DNA from: Chiloscyllium plagiosum
Lineage: Eukaryota
Length of the DNA: 40,675 bases
Assembly (NCBI RefSeq): GCF_004010195.1
Contig: NC_057718.1
Coordinates: 22,161,714-22,202,388 of the forward strand
Direction: 5' to 3'
Below are positions 21,500-34,095 of the stretch, piece after piece. The position numbers and the translations under genes were made by a program. The notes beneath the pieces are model-generated. The model worked only from the letters and a program-made list of their open reading frames with translations, ran no database searches and was not told where the DNA came from. Position 1 is the stretch's first letter, and every line of letters begins with the position of its first letter.

Positions 21500-22445
21500 T
21501 TTATCGGGGTTAATTCCAATCTATCGAGGGAATCGCTGAGCAAGTTCCTGGTGGAGCGTTCACCCAACTTGCTTCTCGAAGGAATAGAAATTTGGAGAAA
21601 GAATAATCAGTCCTGCACTTCTCTATTATACATCCTGTTTCAGTAGAGATATATATTGCCTTGAAATTCACAAATGAAAGCTCCCAATACTGGATTTTAT
21701 TCTGATAAAACCCCTCAATAGCTTTTCTAAGTGCTTTGCATCCTTCCAGAAGTGTGGTTCCCAGAATATAGTTCCACACCTGAGGTCTAGCCAGTAATTG
21801 AGAACTCCCCGTATCATGACTTCCCTTGTGTATTCTCTATTTCTACGTATAAACCTTAGTAAACCATGTTTTTTTTCTAACTACCTTGTTAGCTTGCTCT
21901 ATCACCTTATATAGGAACTCAGATCAAGGCATCTCTGTTCATGCACACCTTTCAAGATTGTCCCATTTTTAAACTATTTAAATACTATTTAATACTCCAC
22001 TAAATATTTGATACTAAACATTAGCTGCCTGAAACTGATTTCAAGTCATTTATAAAAGATTGAAATGAATACTGGAACCAAACTGACCCTTCTGGAACAC
22101 TTCTGCAAACCCACCTCTGAGCATTTAAATCATCCATTCACCAACACTTTCTATCTTTGACTAAATTCCAAATGGCTACTGACTGCTATTTTCTCCTTAA
22201 GCCCATGATCTTCCATGTGCTTAACAAGCCTCCTGTATGAGATTTTGTTATTACTTTATGAAAGGTCATATGTACAATATCTGCAATACTAATCTGATCA
22301 ACCTTTCTGTTACCTCATCAATCAAGTTAGTAAGACATAATTTTCTTTTTTTCAAGCAAATACATGCTGGTTTTCCTTGATTGGCCTGTTCCTTTCCAAA
22401 TGAATATTTGTTATGTTTCTGATAATGGTTTCCGAAAGCTTTCTG
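21500..22445 (-). mobile_element. Very old CR1 ORF2 fragments (~21500-21965 and ~22070-22445)
   Basis: Degenerate minus-strand motifs LARPQVELYS-like, VPEGSV.V-like and LTNLIDEVT-like. Confidence 0.6.
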
Positions 22446-24676
22446 ATCAGTAAAATTTAACTTGTAATGTAATTTTCTGCTTTAATTATTATACTGACTC
22501 ATCACTAATAGATGTACAAGTCTTAATTCTGTAAATAATTAGCTTAGGAAAATGAATGCTTAGAGTTCCAATGAAGAACAGCCACTTTACAATAATGTTT
22601 AAGGAAGTTTGAAACAAGTCTGGGGTCCTTTTTGTCATGAATATATGTTCCAATCTGTGTTCTGCATGCTATTATTTTAATAATGTGCACTTGTAATAAA
22701 TCAACTCAGAACATAATGACATTCTTCTCAATTGCCTTCACTGCTTCAGTTCTCTCTCCAACTTGGAGGATGGTGTATTCGAAAGTCTTTGTGATGGTTG
22801 TCATTGTCACCCTAAAGAATGACAACTATGGATTTCTCCTTTTAAACAAAACTGTTTTTTTGGGCATTATTTTTTCAACTTATTTCAATATTGTATTTTT
22901 GCAACAGTTCACAAATCATTTTGAATTGCAAACACATATAATAGTTGCAATCATCTTATTTTTAACATATATGTTAGCCGAATATTGAGATATTTAAGCC
23001 ACAGTCATGAACTATTGGCATTTCCCATTTGACATATGTTTACTTTTGAGGTAATTTGTCTTCCTTAAATCCCCTCCAGATCTTTCATAAAATATCAGCC
23101 TATAGTGAGTACAGTACCATTATATTATCATCTAGTTGGCTTGTAGGGTCACTTAACTTTATGTACTGTAAAAAAGGGTTTAAATTTATTAATTGAATAT
23201 ATAACTACAATACATGATGACCATGTCAGAAATCTGTGAAGATATGTTAATTAAAATATGTTAAAGGTACGACATTTTGAAATTATTTTCTTTCTGGAAA
23301 CTATATAATATTGCTCCATTTTTGGTTGGGCAGACCACCTTGTAACATGCTTAAAATTTCCATTAATTTTCCTCTATGAAGCTACAATAAAATGTAGAAG
23401 AGCATTTCAGGGAAATTCTCAGAGTTTACTTTTCTTTATTTCCTTTTGCAAAAGTGTCTTCTTTCCACTCATCATGAACATTTTTTAGCACAGTAAATCA
23501 GCAGAGTGAATTGCCCAGTCATTGAATCTGCCCAGTTTCCATTTTCATCAGCTCCAGCAGATCCCCACCCCAACAAATGCTGAAGTTTCCTCACACTTGG
23601 AGAGGGATCTCTGAATTTACAGCAAGTTTGGTAGTGAGAAGGGAGAATTTAATCAGGTGTTGATTCTACCTTGCCTAAGTCTGATGTGGGAAGTGCTCAT
23701 GGACAGCCTTCCCACCCCATTTACAATGATTGCCACTTGAGGACCACTTTCTGCCACTCACTGACCCAGCAATGGTCTCACCATGCAAAAGCAAACACTG
23801 TGCAGAGTTGGCTCCTATGGGGATCTCTCATACAAAGGGGCTTGGTGCCTGCTTCAGGGAGCCAGCATTGTGAAGTGAGAACCCATTGAGAACCATCCCT
23901 CACCCTTGCTGTCAAAGCCTCTTCCCTGTGACCCCCACCCCACCACCACCATTCATCTTTGACTAGTGTCCAGCAGTGATACTAGACTTCACAGAGTGTC
24001 ATGCCAGCAATAGCCCCCACTCCCTGTCTTCCCAGTGGCACTGCTGTTCAACAGAGCTGCTGGCCTGTGTTTGGGTAGGTCATCTGCCACCAGCTCTTTG
24101 ATCCCAGTGGAAAGTCAAACATTGACCTGTCAAATACCCGAGCAAATCGAAAACGAATCAGCAGTTCTTTCGCAGACAAGCAAAAACCTTTATCACCTCT
24201 GCAAACTTCATCCTGTCGGCTCAGACCATACTGAGCCACTCCTAGTACACAGTGCTGGAAAGATATTTAAATAGAATAGCTGCTTCTCTTAGCACAGCAA
24301 TCTTTCTGAACTTTAATTGAAAATTAATTTTTGTTTTTCGCAACAGTAAGCACAGATTGCTGGGGCAAAGAGAATTGCTTTCAAGCTAATGGCAGAGAAG
24401 GCTTGGATGATTAAATCTGCACAGAATAACTTGAAGAAATGATTATTTGCATAACATACAATGTGATTTCATCCTTTTGATTTTCCGTAGGTTGCTTTTA
24501 TTCACAAAGGGCCACGCTTTCCTCTCTTTTTCAAAAGGTGATTAGACATCTTTTTTAGAATAGATTTTAATAATGTTGAGTCACAATGTCTTGGCCTATT
24601 TAAGCAAAACTATCTTACTTGTGGAAAGAAAATAAACCAATTGTGATACAGCTGAATGACTTTAATACTTAATAGG

Positions 24677-24795
24677 CACACACCATGGGTGCTGGGGGAA
24701 AAAAATAAGCACTACCGCGCTTAGGTGGTAGTGTGGAGGTTAAAAAGAAAAATTAAAATAAACAAGAGTGTGGGTAAAAAAAAGAACAAAAAAAA
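24677..24795 (+). mobile_element. Short retrotransposed insertion (5'-truncated LINE/SINE 3' end)
   Basis: 13-bp perfect TSD aatacttaatagg (24664-24676, 24796-24808), A-rich tail, stem-loop 24710-24733. Confidence 0.85.
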
Positions 24796-26156
24796 AATAC
24801 TTAATAGGAAGCTGCTAACAAATCACTGAAATGGCCCAAATGATAATAAGGTCCATTTAGTTGCAAAATGTATGAAACTTCGAAAAATGAAAATTTTCAG
24901 CATTTTGCAGCAGTTTAGTAAAGCTTGTTTTACTGGAGGAGATGGTTTGAGCTGCCTCCATGGATTGCATTGACACCACGGACATGACCTTTTGATTTTT
25001 AATCTTCATGGATTCTGCCTGGTTGCCTTTGACCTCTTCCCTGCATAGAAACATTGCTTTCTTAGACTAGACACTGCTGCATCTCTGTCTCTGTTTTATC
25101 TAAGAGTGACTGTTGTCCAATCCTCAGTCGTTTCAACAAACCTTTTAATTTACAGGTTAATGTGTTGCAGCTCTCTACTACAGTTGTTCTGTTTCTCCCA
25201 GACTCTTGATAGCATCCTGGTGTTAGAGTCACTTCATCATATAGACCATTATATCAGTCACATGCGCATTCACATTATATTACAAGTGGCATCTTTGTGG
25301 ACTGAGGAATGAGGAGGCAGAATGAGGTTTTTCTGTCTGATTAAGTTGCTCATTAGTGAATCTGTGAAGAAAGAAGTATTGTGCTACTGCATAGATTGTA
25401 TTAACTTGAGGCTGACTATTGTAACTAACTAGAGGTAGTTAAAGAGGTTTGTAGAATTGTTGCAAGCATAACTCAACTCCCTAAGAAGCCCATCCTTCCT
25501 TCTCCTTCAAAGATGTTTCATGTCTAGCTGCTTTGATGTGAAAGCAGCCCATGTGGTGAAATGAAATATCTTCTGGCAGTGCTTACACATATTACTGCTG
25601 CATTGATAGAATAATAACTTTCCGATTTGGATTTCCCATTGGACTGGTGCTAAATGCATAGATGGCCATAATGCACAGAATTAATGTTGCTCTGTACCTT
25701 GTAAAAGTGACAATTTTGGAAGAAGCTCAACTATGTCTGATATTGCAGCTAAAGTGCACATTGGTGGGTTTGTGCCAGTAGAGAACTTAACCTTATAATG
25801 AAGTGGAGCACAGCAAAGAAGTTGATTCCTGTGATCCTATGGAGGATTTTTAGAATGGCATTACTGTACCAGGCTCAGAATGGTGAGAAGTTTTCACTGG
25901 CTGTGCACATTATTGCTCATGAAGAGTTTGCAGTTCCCAGCGGAGTTCAAGCATCTTTAGGATATCTGTGACTCCCTGGTGAAGTTACACCCATTGTGAT
26001 CATGTGTCTCCCATGCATTCCTAACTGGCATACTCTGCAAGTTTCTTCTGTACTATTCACTTCTGTCAGTGATGACATTTGCAAATCTTACCCTTCATTA
26101 AACTAACATCACTTTTGGTTTGAAACATGTCCTAATGTCTTCCAGGACTGAGGTAA

Positions 26157-27290
26157 GGTTAAAAATCACACAACACTAGATTATAGTCCAACAGGTTTAT
26201 TTGGAAGCACTAACTTTTGAGGTGCTGCCTCTTCATCACGTGGTTATGGAACAGGACCATATGACACAGAATTTATAGCAAAAGGGTTACAATGTCATGG
26301 AGCTGTAATGATATATTAAACAACTTTAGCTAAAAATCACACAACACCAGGTTATAGTTCTTAAATACATTTAGGTTAAGTCTTTCATCTTTTAGAATGG
26401 GATATGGTAGTTTAGGTTCTTTAATTTGTAAATTCCAGAATTACATTCTCAAGGTGGCATCAGCTTACCTAATAGTAGGTATCATCTCAGTTCAGACAAT
26501 ACATTAAATGTGTGAAGGTAAAGTTTGTACCAATGTTGAGTCAATTCTATTTCTAAAGTGGGCTTATAAAACCTTATGTGGATTTATGCAGTTTTTGAGC
26601 AAAATGAAATGTAATTCTGCAAATACAAATTCACCCCAAACATTTATATGTGTGCACGTGCAGGAGAGAGAGAGTGGGTGTGTCTATGTGAGTGTGTGCA
26701 TGTGGGTATGAGTGCATGTGAAAGAGTGTGTGTATAAGCTTGATTAAGTATGTGTATGAGTGTGATGGGATATAAGCCTGTGAGAGAGTGTGTGCATGGG
26801 GGTGAGTGCAGGAAATGTATGTGTGTGTGTATGAGAATGTATGTGTGTGCGCATGTGTGCGCATGTGTGTGTGTGTGTTTGTGTGTCTGAGTAAGAGAGA
26901 GAGAGAGAGAGAGATTTTGTGTTGTTGCTTGTCCTGAAATCTGCCTTGGAGGATGGTGACCCCGGGGTCTGAGGCCGAATGTCCCGGATCGCTGAAGTGC
27001 TCCCGACTGGGAGGGAACACCCCTGACTGGTGATCATTGCGTGGTGTCCATTCATCCATTTTCGTAGTGTCTGTTCAGTCTCACCAATGTACCAAGCCTC
27101 AGGGCATCCCTGCCTGCAGCGTATGAGGTATACAACGTTGGCCATTCACATAAGTACCTGCCGTACATATGGTGGGAAGTGTCCCCATGTGTAATGGTGG
27201 TATTCGTGTCAACACTCGGACATGTCTTGCAGTGGCTGCTGTGACAGGGTTGTACGGTATTGTGGTCGATGTTGTCCTGAAGGCTGGGAC
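26157..27290 (-). mobile_element. Penelope-like element family 2: GIY-YIG endonuclease plus 3' UTR
   Basis: ORF 26744-27145 ANVVYLIRCRQGCPEAWYIGETEQTLRKWMNGH; upstream PCHSSHCKTC. Terminal motif at 26157, repeated at ~26331. Confidence 0.92.
26650..26913. repeat. Degenerate (TG)n/(AG)n microsatellite inside the Penelope element
   Basis: Directly visible dinucleotide repeats. Confidence 0.9.
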
Positions 27291-27399
27291 AAGATGCAAG
27301 ACTTAATCTACCCATGGGGAGGGCCTCAACTAAACCTTGGGTTCATGCCACACTGGGACAGCTTTCAGGACAGCATCAGCCACGACACTGTTCTTAGTT

Positions 27400-27595
27400 G
27401 TCCATGGCGACCAGATATTTTAAATTAATCCAGCCCCATTTGCCAGCATTTGGCTCATATCCCTCTAAACCCTTCCAATTTACTTACCAACCAAAATTCC
27501 TTTTGGCCTCCACTACTTCCTTTGGCAACACGTTCCACCCTCTGCATGTAAAAGTTGCCCATTAGGTCCCTTTCCCCTCTCACCTTAAATCTATC
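27400..27595 (-). mobile_element. CR1/HER1 3' UTR fragment
   Basis: gaccagatat..cccatttgccagcatttggctcatatccctctaaacc matches the reverse of the CR1 tails at ~15240 and ~36860. Confidence 0.85.
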
Positions 27596-28695
27596 AGTTT
27601 GTTTAAATTAAAAGATGCGTAGGTATCGAACAAATTTAACATTAGATGACTTGGACCACCTTTGATTTATCCCTGACCATCTAACTCTGGCAGTCAGATA
27701 TTTTTACAACTTATTACCAATTTGCATTTTGAGTCCTGTTGTTTATTATTAGTAGAAAATGACTGTATTATGTACCAAGGAGTATGTGTGTTGTGCCGTG
27801 TAAAAATAGAATTTGTAGAATAAGTGGCTAACATATAAGAATGACTATGGATATGTAACTGGAGACATACATTGCAGCCAACAAATTACGTCATTTCTGA
27901 ATCTTTCCAGGAAACTGTCTTGCCAGTTTCAATTGCTGAGAAGAGTATGGCATCACGCTTCAGAATGGGGGCTTTCATATTATTTCAAGAATGTATTTCA
28001 AGAATGAGGTTATGAAAACCTTCTTTGCCTGCTTCCAAGTCAATCCAGGCTACAGAAGATTTATGAATAAGAAATTACTGCTTTTGAGGAAAATCACACA
28101 TGTGAGAGTTAATCTTGAAAATACTTTCAGGACATGGCAAACCGAGGCTCGGGCAGATTCTGTGACCGTCAAAATAAAAGGATGATGGAATTGCTCTCAT
28201 TTGCAATCATGACCCAACCATTTTTGTCAATCTACCACATTCCTACTTTAGTTCCTACTCCTGATTTGCAACATTCTGTTCATGTCCATATGCACTTGCT
28301 CAGTCAAAAGGCAGAAAGGTAAGGGGAGGGGAGCAGGGCTTTGCATTCCCATCTCCCACCCCTTTGCTTCAAAATGTTAAATGATTGAAAGCAGCTCTCC
28401 AGCGTGGGGGGTGTTTCCCACCTATGTTTGCATTGGTGGGACAGGTAACCCTGCCAAGCATTAAGTTCTGCCCTAGGCAGGTGTGGAGCTTGAGATGGAG
28501 CCTGATTAAGCCTTTTAACCATCTACTAATATTTGCAAAAAGAATTGTGCAGTCTTATTGATGGATGGATAGTTTTCCGGGAGTGTCAAAGGCCCATTAT
28601 TCACCATTTCCCTCAAACTTACCTTGACGTTCACACATGTGAAATACTTAAAACAGACATGCAAACCATTACAAAAGGAAAGTATTGAAATTTTG

Positions 28696-28830
28696 AAATA
28701 AAAGACAAAATGCTAGAAATACTCTGCAGGTCTGATAGTACCTGTGAAGAAAGAAACAATGTTGCAGATTTGCTCTCTTGACAGATGCTGCCTGGCTTGC
28801 TGAGAGTTCCCAGCATTTTCTGTTTTTATT
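28696..28830. mobile_element. Small Penelope-derived palindromic element
   Basis: Inverted ends aataaaagacaaaatgctagaa / ttcccagcattttctgtttttatt with PLE-type acagatgctgcctggcttgctgag. Confidence 0.65.
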
Positions 28831-29274
28831 GTATTCCTTCATTGCTTACACAGAGACTGACATTGTTTCTAAAGATGTTTTCACCAGTTGAAGTGAACAC
28901 TCCTTCATATTTTTCTGAGCACCATATGTGCAACATTCACGGAATCTCAGAACTGAAACATGGACTGATTTAGATTATGAAATTCCTTGCTAAAGAAATC
29001 AGGACTGTATATCACCTGGTTTTTGCCGAATACAGCAGAGAGGAGATTGTTTTCTCAGATAATGCTCCTCCAGAGATCTACGGTACAAGTCTGCATCATC
29101 AGCAATCCATTATCACCAAAGCTGTTTGACATGGATATATTCGAGCACTTAATTCCTGCCTTAGATCTCAACACATTGAAGGAACGTTAAAGATACCCTA
29201 CAGTAGGACATAAACATGTCTCTACTTCATCTCGCAGTTCTGCAATTTTCCTCTTCTACTGTCTACTGCTACTA

Positions 29275-29470
29275 ATGATGTGGGTAGTAAAATCTGGAAC
29301 TGTGTCCAAAAAGCTGTTGAGACGAGGATAGTTGAAAACTTAAATACTGAAAATTATAGATTTTTGCTACGACCGGTATTTTAAGCATGACCGAAGCAAA
29401 ATATGCTTGATCGAATTGAATGGAAGAACAAGCTCGCAGGGATGAATAATATTAATTCCTGTATTTTCTA
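29275..29470 (+). mobile_element. Very old CR1 3' end
   Basis: tctggaact..ccaaaaagctgttgag..atagatttttg..attgaatggaagaacaagctcg. Confidence 0.6.
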
Positions 29471-29727
29471 TTATGGTCTTTATCTGATAAATAATGATAT
29501 GAAACAATAAACTGAGGACTTACAGGAGGTCACAGAAGCAATATCTTTCACCTGAATGCATGAAGTCTTGCAATTTAATGAACTGTTATTAATCTTTGGA
29601 TATTGCTTGCCTTCAGTTCATTACACAGCTAATACAATGTCATTTTCTACAGTGTGTGATCTTTGCACAGTGTACTGAAAACATTGTCTCTTATTTAAGA
29701 CCAAATCTGTATTCACCCCTCCAGGGC

Positions 29728-29785
29728 CAGTATTGGGGGATTGTTGCACTGTCGGAGGGTCAGTACTGAGGGTGTGTTGCACTGT
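29728..29785 (+). repeat. Two-unit ~33-bp tandem repeat (cagta.tg.ggg..tgttgcactgt), probably SINE-core derived
   Basis: cagtattgggggattgttgcactgtcggagggt followed by cagtactgagggtgtgttgcactgt. Confidence 0.55.
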
Positions 29786-30591
29786 GCTTTAAATTTACAT
29801 GGTATAATATAAATAAAGTGGAATTGCTAGAAAACATGCTATCAAAGTGTGAGAGGTTTTCTACAACCTGGGACCAGTGCCATCAATATTTATTGTCTGC
29901 TGCTTCATAGTGTGAGCCTAGTGCTGGCTGAAGCATAAACTTGATCTTTGTGAGATTCATTTAGAGATCCAGGTTTTTGACAATTCTTGCGAACTTGTTT
30001 GTTATAGTCTGGATGTCTTCCTTCGTGTGCTAAGTAGTCCCAAATGGATCACTGCCTCTGTGGCTTGATGTAGACCGGTAGCCTGAACAAACTGAATTGT
30101 TTCTCTGAACATAACCCAATGTTCATTAGCCTCTTAAGCACTGCAACAGAGGTTGAATAGCTGGGGAGGCACAACACATAGTTCATGACATAAAGGCATT
30201 TGACATCTTGTCATGGGTGCAAACATGTCCAACCGTATCATCACACAGACAAATTAGTTTAGAGAGAAGTAGCATAGATTAGCTTGACTTGTGATGTCAA
30301 AAGCTTTATTTAGGTTAAGAAACAGCTTATGTAATGCTGTCTGTACATGACATTAATGTGAAAATTAAAATCAAACTCTACTGTGCCATTGTCCTTGCCT
30401 TGCCTGGTGTGGAATTTTGGCTCAGCTAAAGGTGCCAAATAAAAGTCTTGGGATGGTTACATCAAAGAAACCCCAAGGCCAATCACAAGTATTTGATATT
30501 AGCGGAAAACTACAGGCAATAAGGTTTTCCATCATGATGGATTCAACAGAATTGAGACCACTCTCCAGGAAATTGCTGTATACAACATGAA

Positions 30592-30872
30592 TTGAAACAA
30601 ATAAGTTTTTTTTTGTCTAACATCTTATATTTTCAAGAAAAATTGTTTATGAATGGAATTCTCTTTTTTTTAAAATCAGTAGTACTTGAGCATTCTGTGA
30701 GCAACAGATCACTTGGCTAATCCATTTTCTTTTGAAACAAATAAGTTTTTTTTTGTCTAACATCTTATATTTTCAAGAAAAATTGTTTATGAATGGAATT
30801 CTCTTTTTTTTTAAAATCAGTGGTACTTGAGCATTCTGTGAGCAACAGATCACTTGGCTAATCCATTTTCTT
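30592..30872. repeat. Near-perfect 140/141-bp tandem duplication
   Basis: Units 30592-30731 and 30732-30872 differ only by one T in a T-run and one A/G. Confidence 0.97.
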
Positions 30873-31889
30873 TTCCGAGCAGTAAAAAAGCATTGGCATA
30901 TAACATTTCACACCATACACGCAAACAGCCAATATTTCTTGCATGGAGGGTCAGACAATGATATGGTTTCTCAATCCATGAAAAGGGTACACACTGTGGA
31001 GATAGACAAACCTCCTCTGCATCTCAGTTCCTGACCGTGACTTTGCTGATTTTAGGTGTCTTTCTGTGAAGATGTTACTAGTCTCTTTTGTTAGGTGTCC
31101 TTCCTTAGGTTCAAACTTTTAAAATTTTATTTCAAGCTCATCTTGAAAATTTATATGTTCATGGGATATGATCTCACTGGCTGGGCCAGTCCATATTGCC
31201 TGTTCCTAGTTGCCCTTGAGAAGATGGTGGTGAATTTTCTTCTTGAATTGCTGCAGTCTTTGTGGGGAAGGTACACCCATAGTGTTGATAGAAAGGGAGT
31301 TTGTAGATTCTGACCCAGTGATAGTAAAGGAGTGGTGATATAGTTCCTTGTCAGGATGGTGTATAATTTGGAGGGGAACTTGTAGCTGGTGACATTCCCA
31401 TGCTATTGCTGCCATTCTCCTTCTAAGTGGTAGGATTCAGGGGTTTGGAAGGCACTTTCAGAGGAGTCTGGAAAGTTGCTGCATTGAATCTTGTAGATAA
31501 TTCACACTGCTGTCTCTATGTGTTGATTGTGGTGGAGTGAATGCTTAAGGTGGCTGATGTGCCAATCAAGCAGATTGCTTTGTCTTGGATGATGCCAAGC
31601 TTCTTGAGTGTTGTTGGACCTATAGTCATCCAGGCCAGTGGAGAGTTTTCCATTGCCCTCCTGCTTGCAGATGGTGGACAAGGTTTTTGGGAGTCACGGG
31701 GTTGTGCACTTGCTGCAATATTCATAACCTTTGACCTGCTCATGCAGCAAGCAGTATTTATATGGCTAGTCTAGTTCAGTTTCTAGTCAGTGGTAACTCC
31801 CAAGATGTTAGTAGTGGAAGACTTCAGTGATGAAAATGCTATTGAATGCCAAGAAAAATGGTAATTACCTAGTGGTTGTGCAATGTACA

Positions 31890-32967
31890 TGTTAGAACCT
31901 TTGCTGAATTTTCATTTTTTTAAAATCAATTTTGGTTTAGAATTGTGAACTGAGAACGGTGAACTGAAGATGACCTTTGGACTGTGAGCAGCAGCTTGTG
32001 TTAAAAACGAGAAAAGAACTAATAAGTTGTGGTTTGTTTGTGAGGCCAGGCCTGGAAGTTGTTTCTTGAACAAAAGGTTCTACAGATATTTTGATTCTGG
32101 CTCAGAGTAGTATGGTTAAGCAGATAGCAGATATTGGTCATTAATGAGATCAGCAACTGGGAATTGATTTCAGCAAGCTTGGGAGAGACCTTATGCTCCA
32201 ACAAATGGCAGATGTTAAATGATAGTTGGGACCTGTGGGAAGAAGATAGGGAGAAGCCAGACTTTGAACTGGGATTTGGACTGCAGTTGCTGGGAGAAGG
32301 AGTTTGGCTGTTGATGCTTCAGCATGAAGATTTGAGAACTCCCTTCCTTACCTCCTGTTATTAGCCTTCAGAAGTTTAGAGGAAAATAATATGTAGCACT
32401 GACTCCCTTTGAGTGAGCTGAAAAGGTCATCCTGATCGACATCTTCAGAGTATCAACCAAGATACAATCATCTATGACTGTGGAACAACGCATTATGAAA
32501 ACTACATTATGAAAAGTAACCGAGCCTGTTTTGTTATTTTCTTTGGACTATTGGAATTAAATCATAGACGTTAATTAGGTTACTTTGTTGTTTAACTTTG
32601 TTCTGCTAAAGTTATTATATTGTCAATAAATTGCAAAGTTCTTTGTTTAAGCTACAAAACTGGTGTCAAGAATTGATTATTTGCAGAATCTGGTATTGGT
32701 TTTTCAAAAGTTTGGCTTGGAACCAAGTTGGGTGAATTTTGAAGGTCTTTAAAAGTTTTAGATTTACTATGTTGCAAATGCAGAGATAAAAACTCTGTTT
32801 GGTTCAGCTTCCTGACCTGCTGTGCTGTTCCAGCAATAAAGTTTCAACTTTGATCTCCAGCATCTGCAGACTCACTTTCTCCTCTTTAAAAGTTTTAGAT
32901 TTACTATGTTGCAAATGCAGAGATAAAAACTCTGTTTGGTTCAGCTTTCTGCCTCCCTGTTGTAACA
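31890..32967 (+). mobile_element. Solo LTR (Gypsy/ERV-like)
   Basis: TGTTAGAA...TTGTAACA inverted termini, AATAAA at 32625-32630 in a T-rich 3' part; host LINE resumes on both sides. No clear TSD. Confidence 0.72.
32811..32882 (+). mobile_element. 72-bp Penelope terminal fragment flanked by a 65-bp direct duplication
   Basis: cctgacctgctgtgctgttccagca..ctccagcatctgcag resembles the family-1 PLE end. 32746-32810 is identical to 32883-32947. Confidence 0.85.
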
Positions 32968-34095
32968 CTTGTTACATCAGCCTAAGATTGAAAATCTTTC
33001 AGATCTTGGTCATATGGACTCAGACTGCTTTTGTATCTGAAGGATCACAAATGATGCTGAATAATGTGCAGTCATCAATACGCATTCCTACTGCTGACCT
33101 CATTATGGATGGAAAACTACTGATGAAGCAGATGATGGTTGTTGGAACCATGAGTAACTCTTACAGTGATGTTTAGGAGTTGAGAAGATTACCCTTCATC
33201 AATCACAAACATCTTCCTGCGTGCTAGGTAATACTGCTATTAAAAGCAGTTTTCCTTTGCTTCCCACGTCTCCAGTTTTGCTAAAGCTATTTGATGCCAT
33301 ACTCAGCCAAATGCTGCCTTGATGTTTAGCAGTAGTCACTTTCACCTCATCCCTGGAGTTCAGATCTTTTGTCCTTATTTGGACCAAGGTGGTAATGAAT
33401 TCAGAAGCACAGATAGAACCTAAACTGAGCATCAGTAAGATTTGCACGTGCTGCTTGATTGCAGTGTCAAGGACCCATTCTTTCACTGTGCTGTGCAAAT
33501 GTTCAGGTCCATTGAACACTAACTAAGATTTTGATGCTACCAATACTGTCTGATAATAAAGAAGCAGTATGTCTCAGTTCTTTAATGTTGTGACAAAATG
33601 TCAATAACTAACTGTCTGCTGTGGAGTACAATTGATTAAAACATAGCAATTCCAAAGAATAGAGGGCGAGATATTCAGTACGTATTATATATTATTAGCA
33701 AATACAAAGACAGCTCTCCATGAGACACATTGTGGTTGATTTTTGCCTTTCTCTTCCATGTGGTTACAGAGTGGAGTGTAACATCCAGTCTTTGTGGATA
33801 CTGAACCATTTTCAAATCCTTGATTTCAATTGAATGAAACAAGGTAGTTTCTGCTATGGCCAAGTGCCACCCCCTCAGATCAGCAGTCTCACGGTAAAGG
33901 CAAAAATCTTAGAGCTGTGGAAGGGCTCCCAGATAGGCAATGCAAGAATATTGTTCAGAGAACAAGAAGCAGTGCAGCTGCAAAGTCAGGTTTAAATTGT
34001 AGGAGGGCATGCAAATAGGATTCAGCAAGACTTAGTATAGAACACAGACTATTTTGTTCCAATGAAAACAATTTAAGTTTTCTTGTTTATCTTAC

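Larger units (their letters stand above)
31158..33490 (-). mobile_element. Old CR1-like LINE (RT to 3' end), split by a solo LTR
   Basis: Minus translation PTTIICFISSFPSIMRSAVGMRIDDCTLF (decayed FINDLP..FADD), MENSPLAWM..PTTLKKLGIIQDKAICLIG, GLQQFKK..HHHLLKGN-like terminus. Confidence 0.85.

Noticed and set aside
22683..22988. Hydrophobic 101-aa ORF resembling a membrane protein
   Set aside because: T-rich composition explains the hydrophobicity; no family motif or supporting gene structure.
26631..27059. His/Thr-rich 142-aa ORF
   Set aside because: Translation of the (CA)n microsatellite inside a Penelope element.
33541..33562. Resemblance to the miR-429/miR-200 mature sequence (aatactgtctg)
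   Set aside because: No complementary 5' arm, so no precursor hairpin; the match is short.
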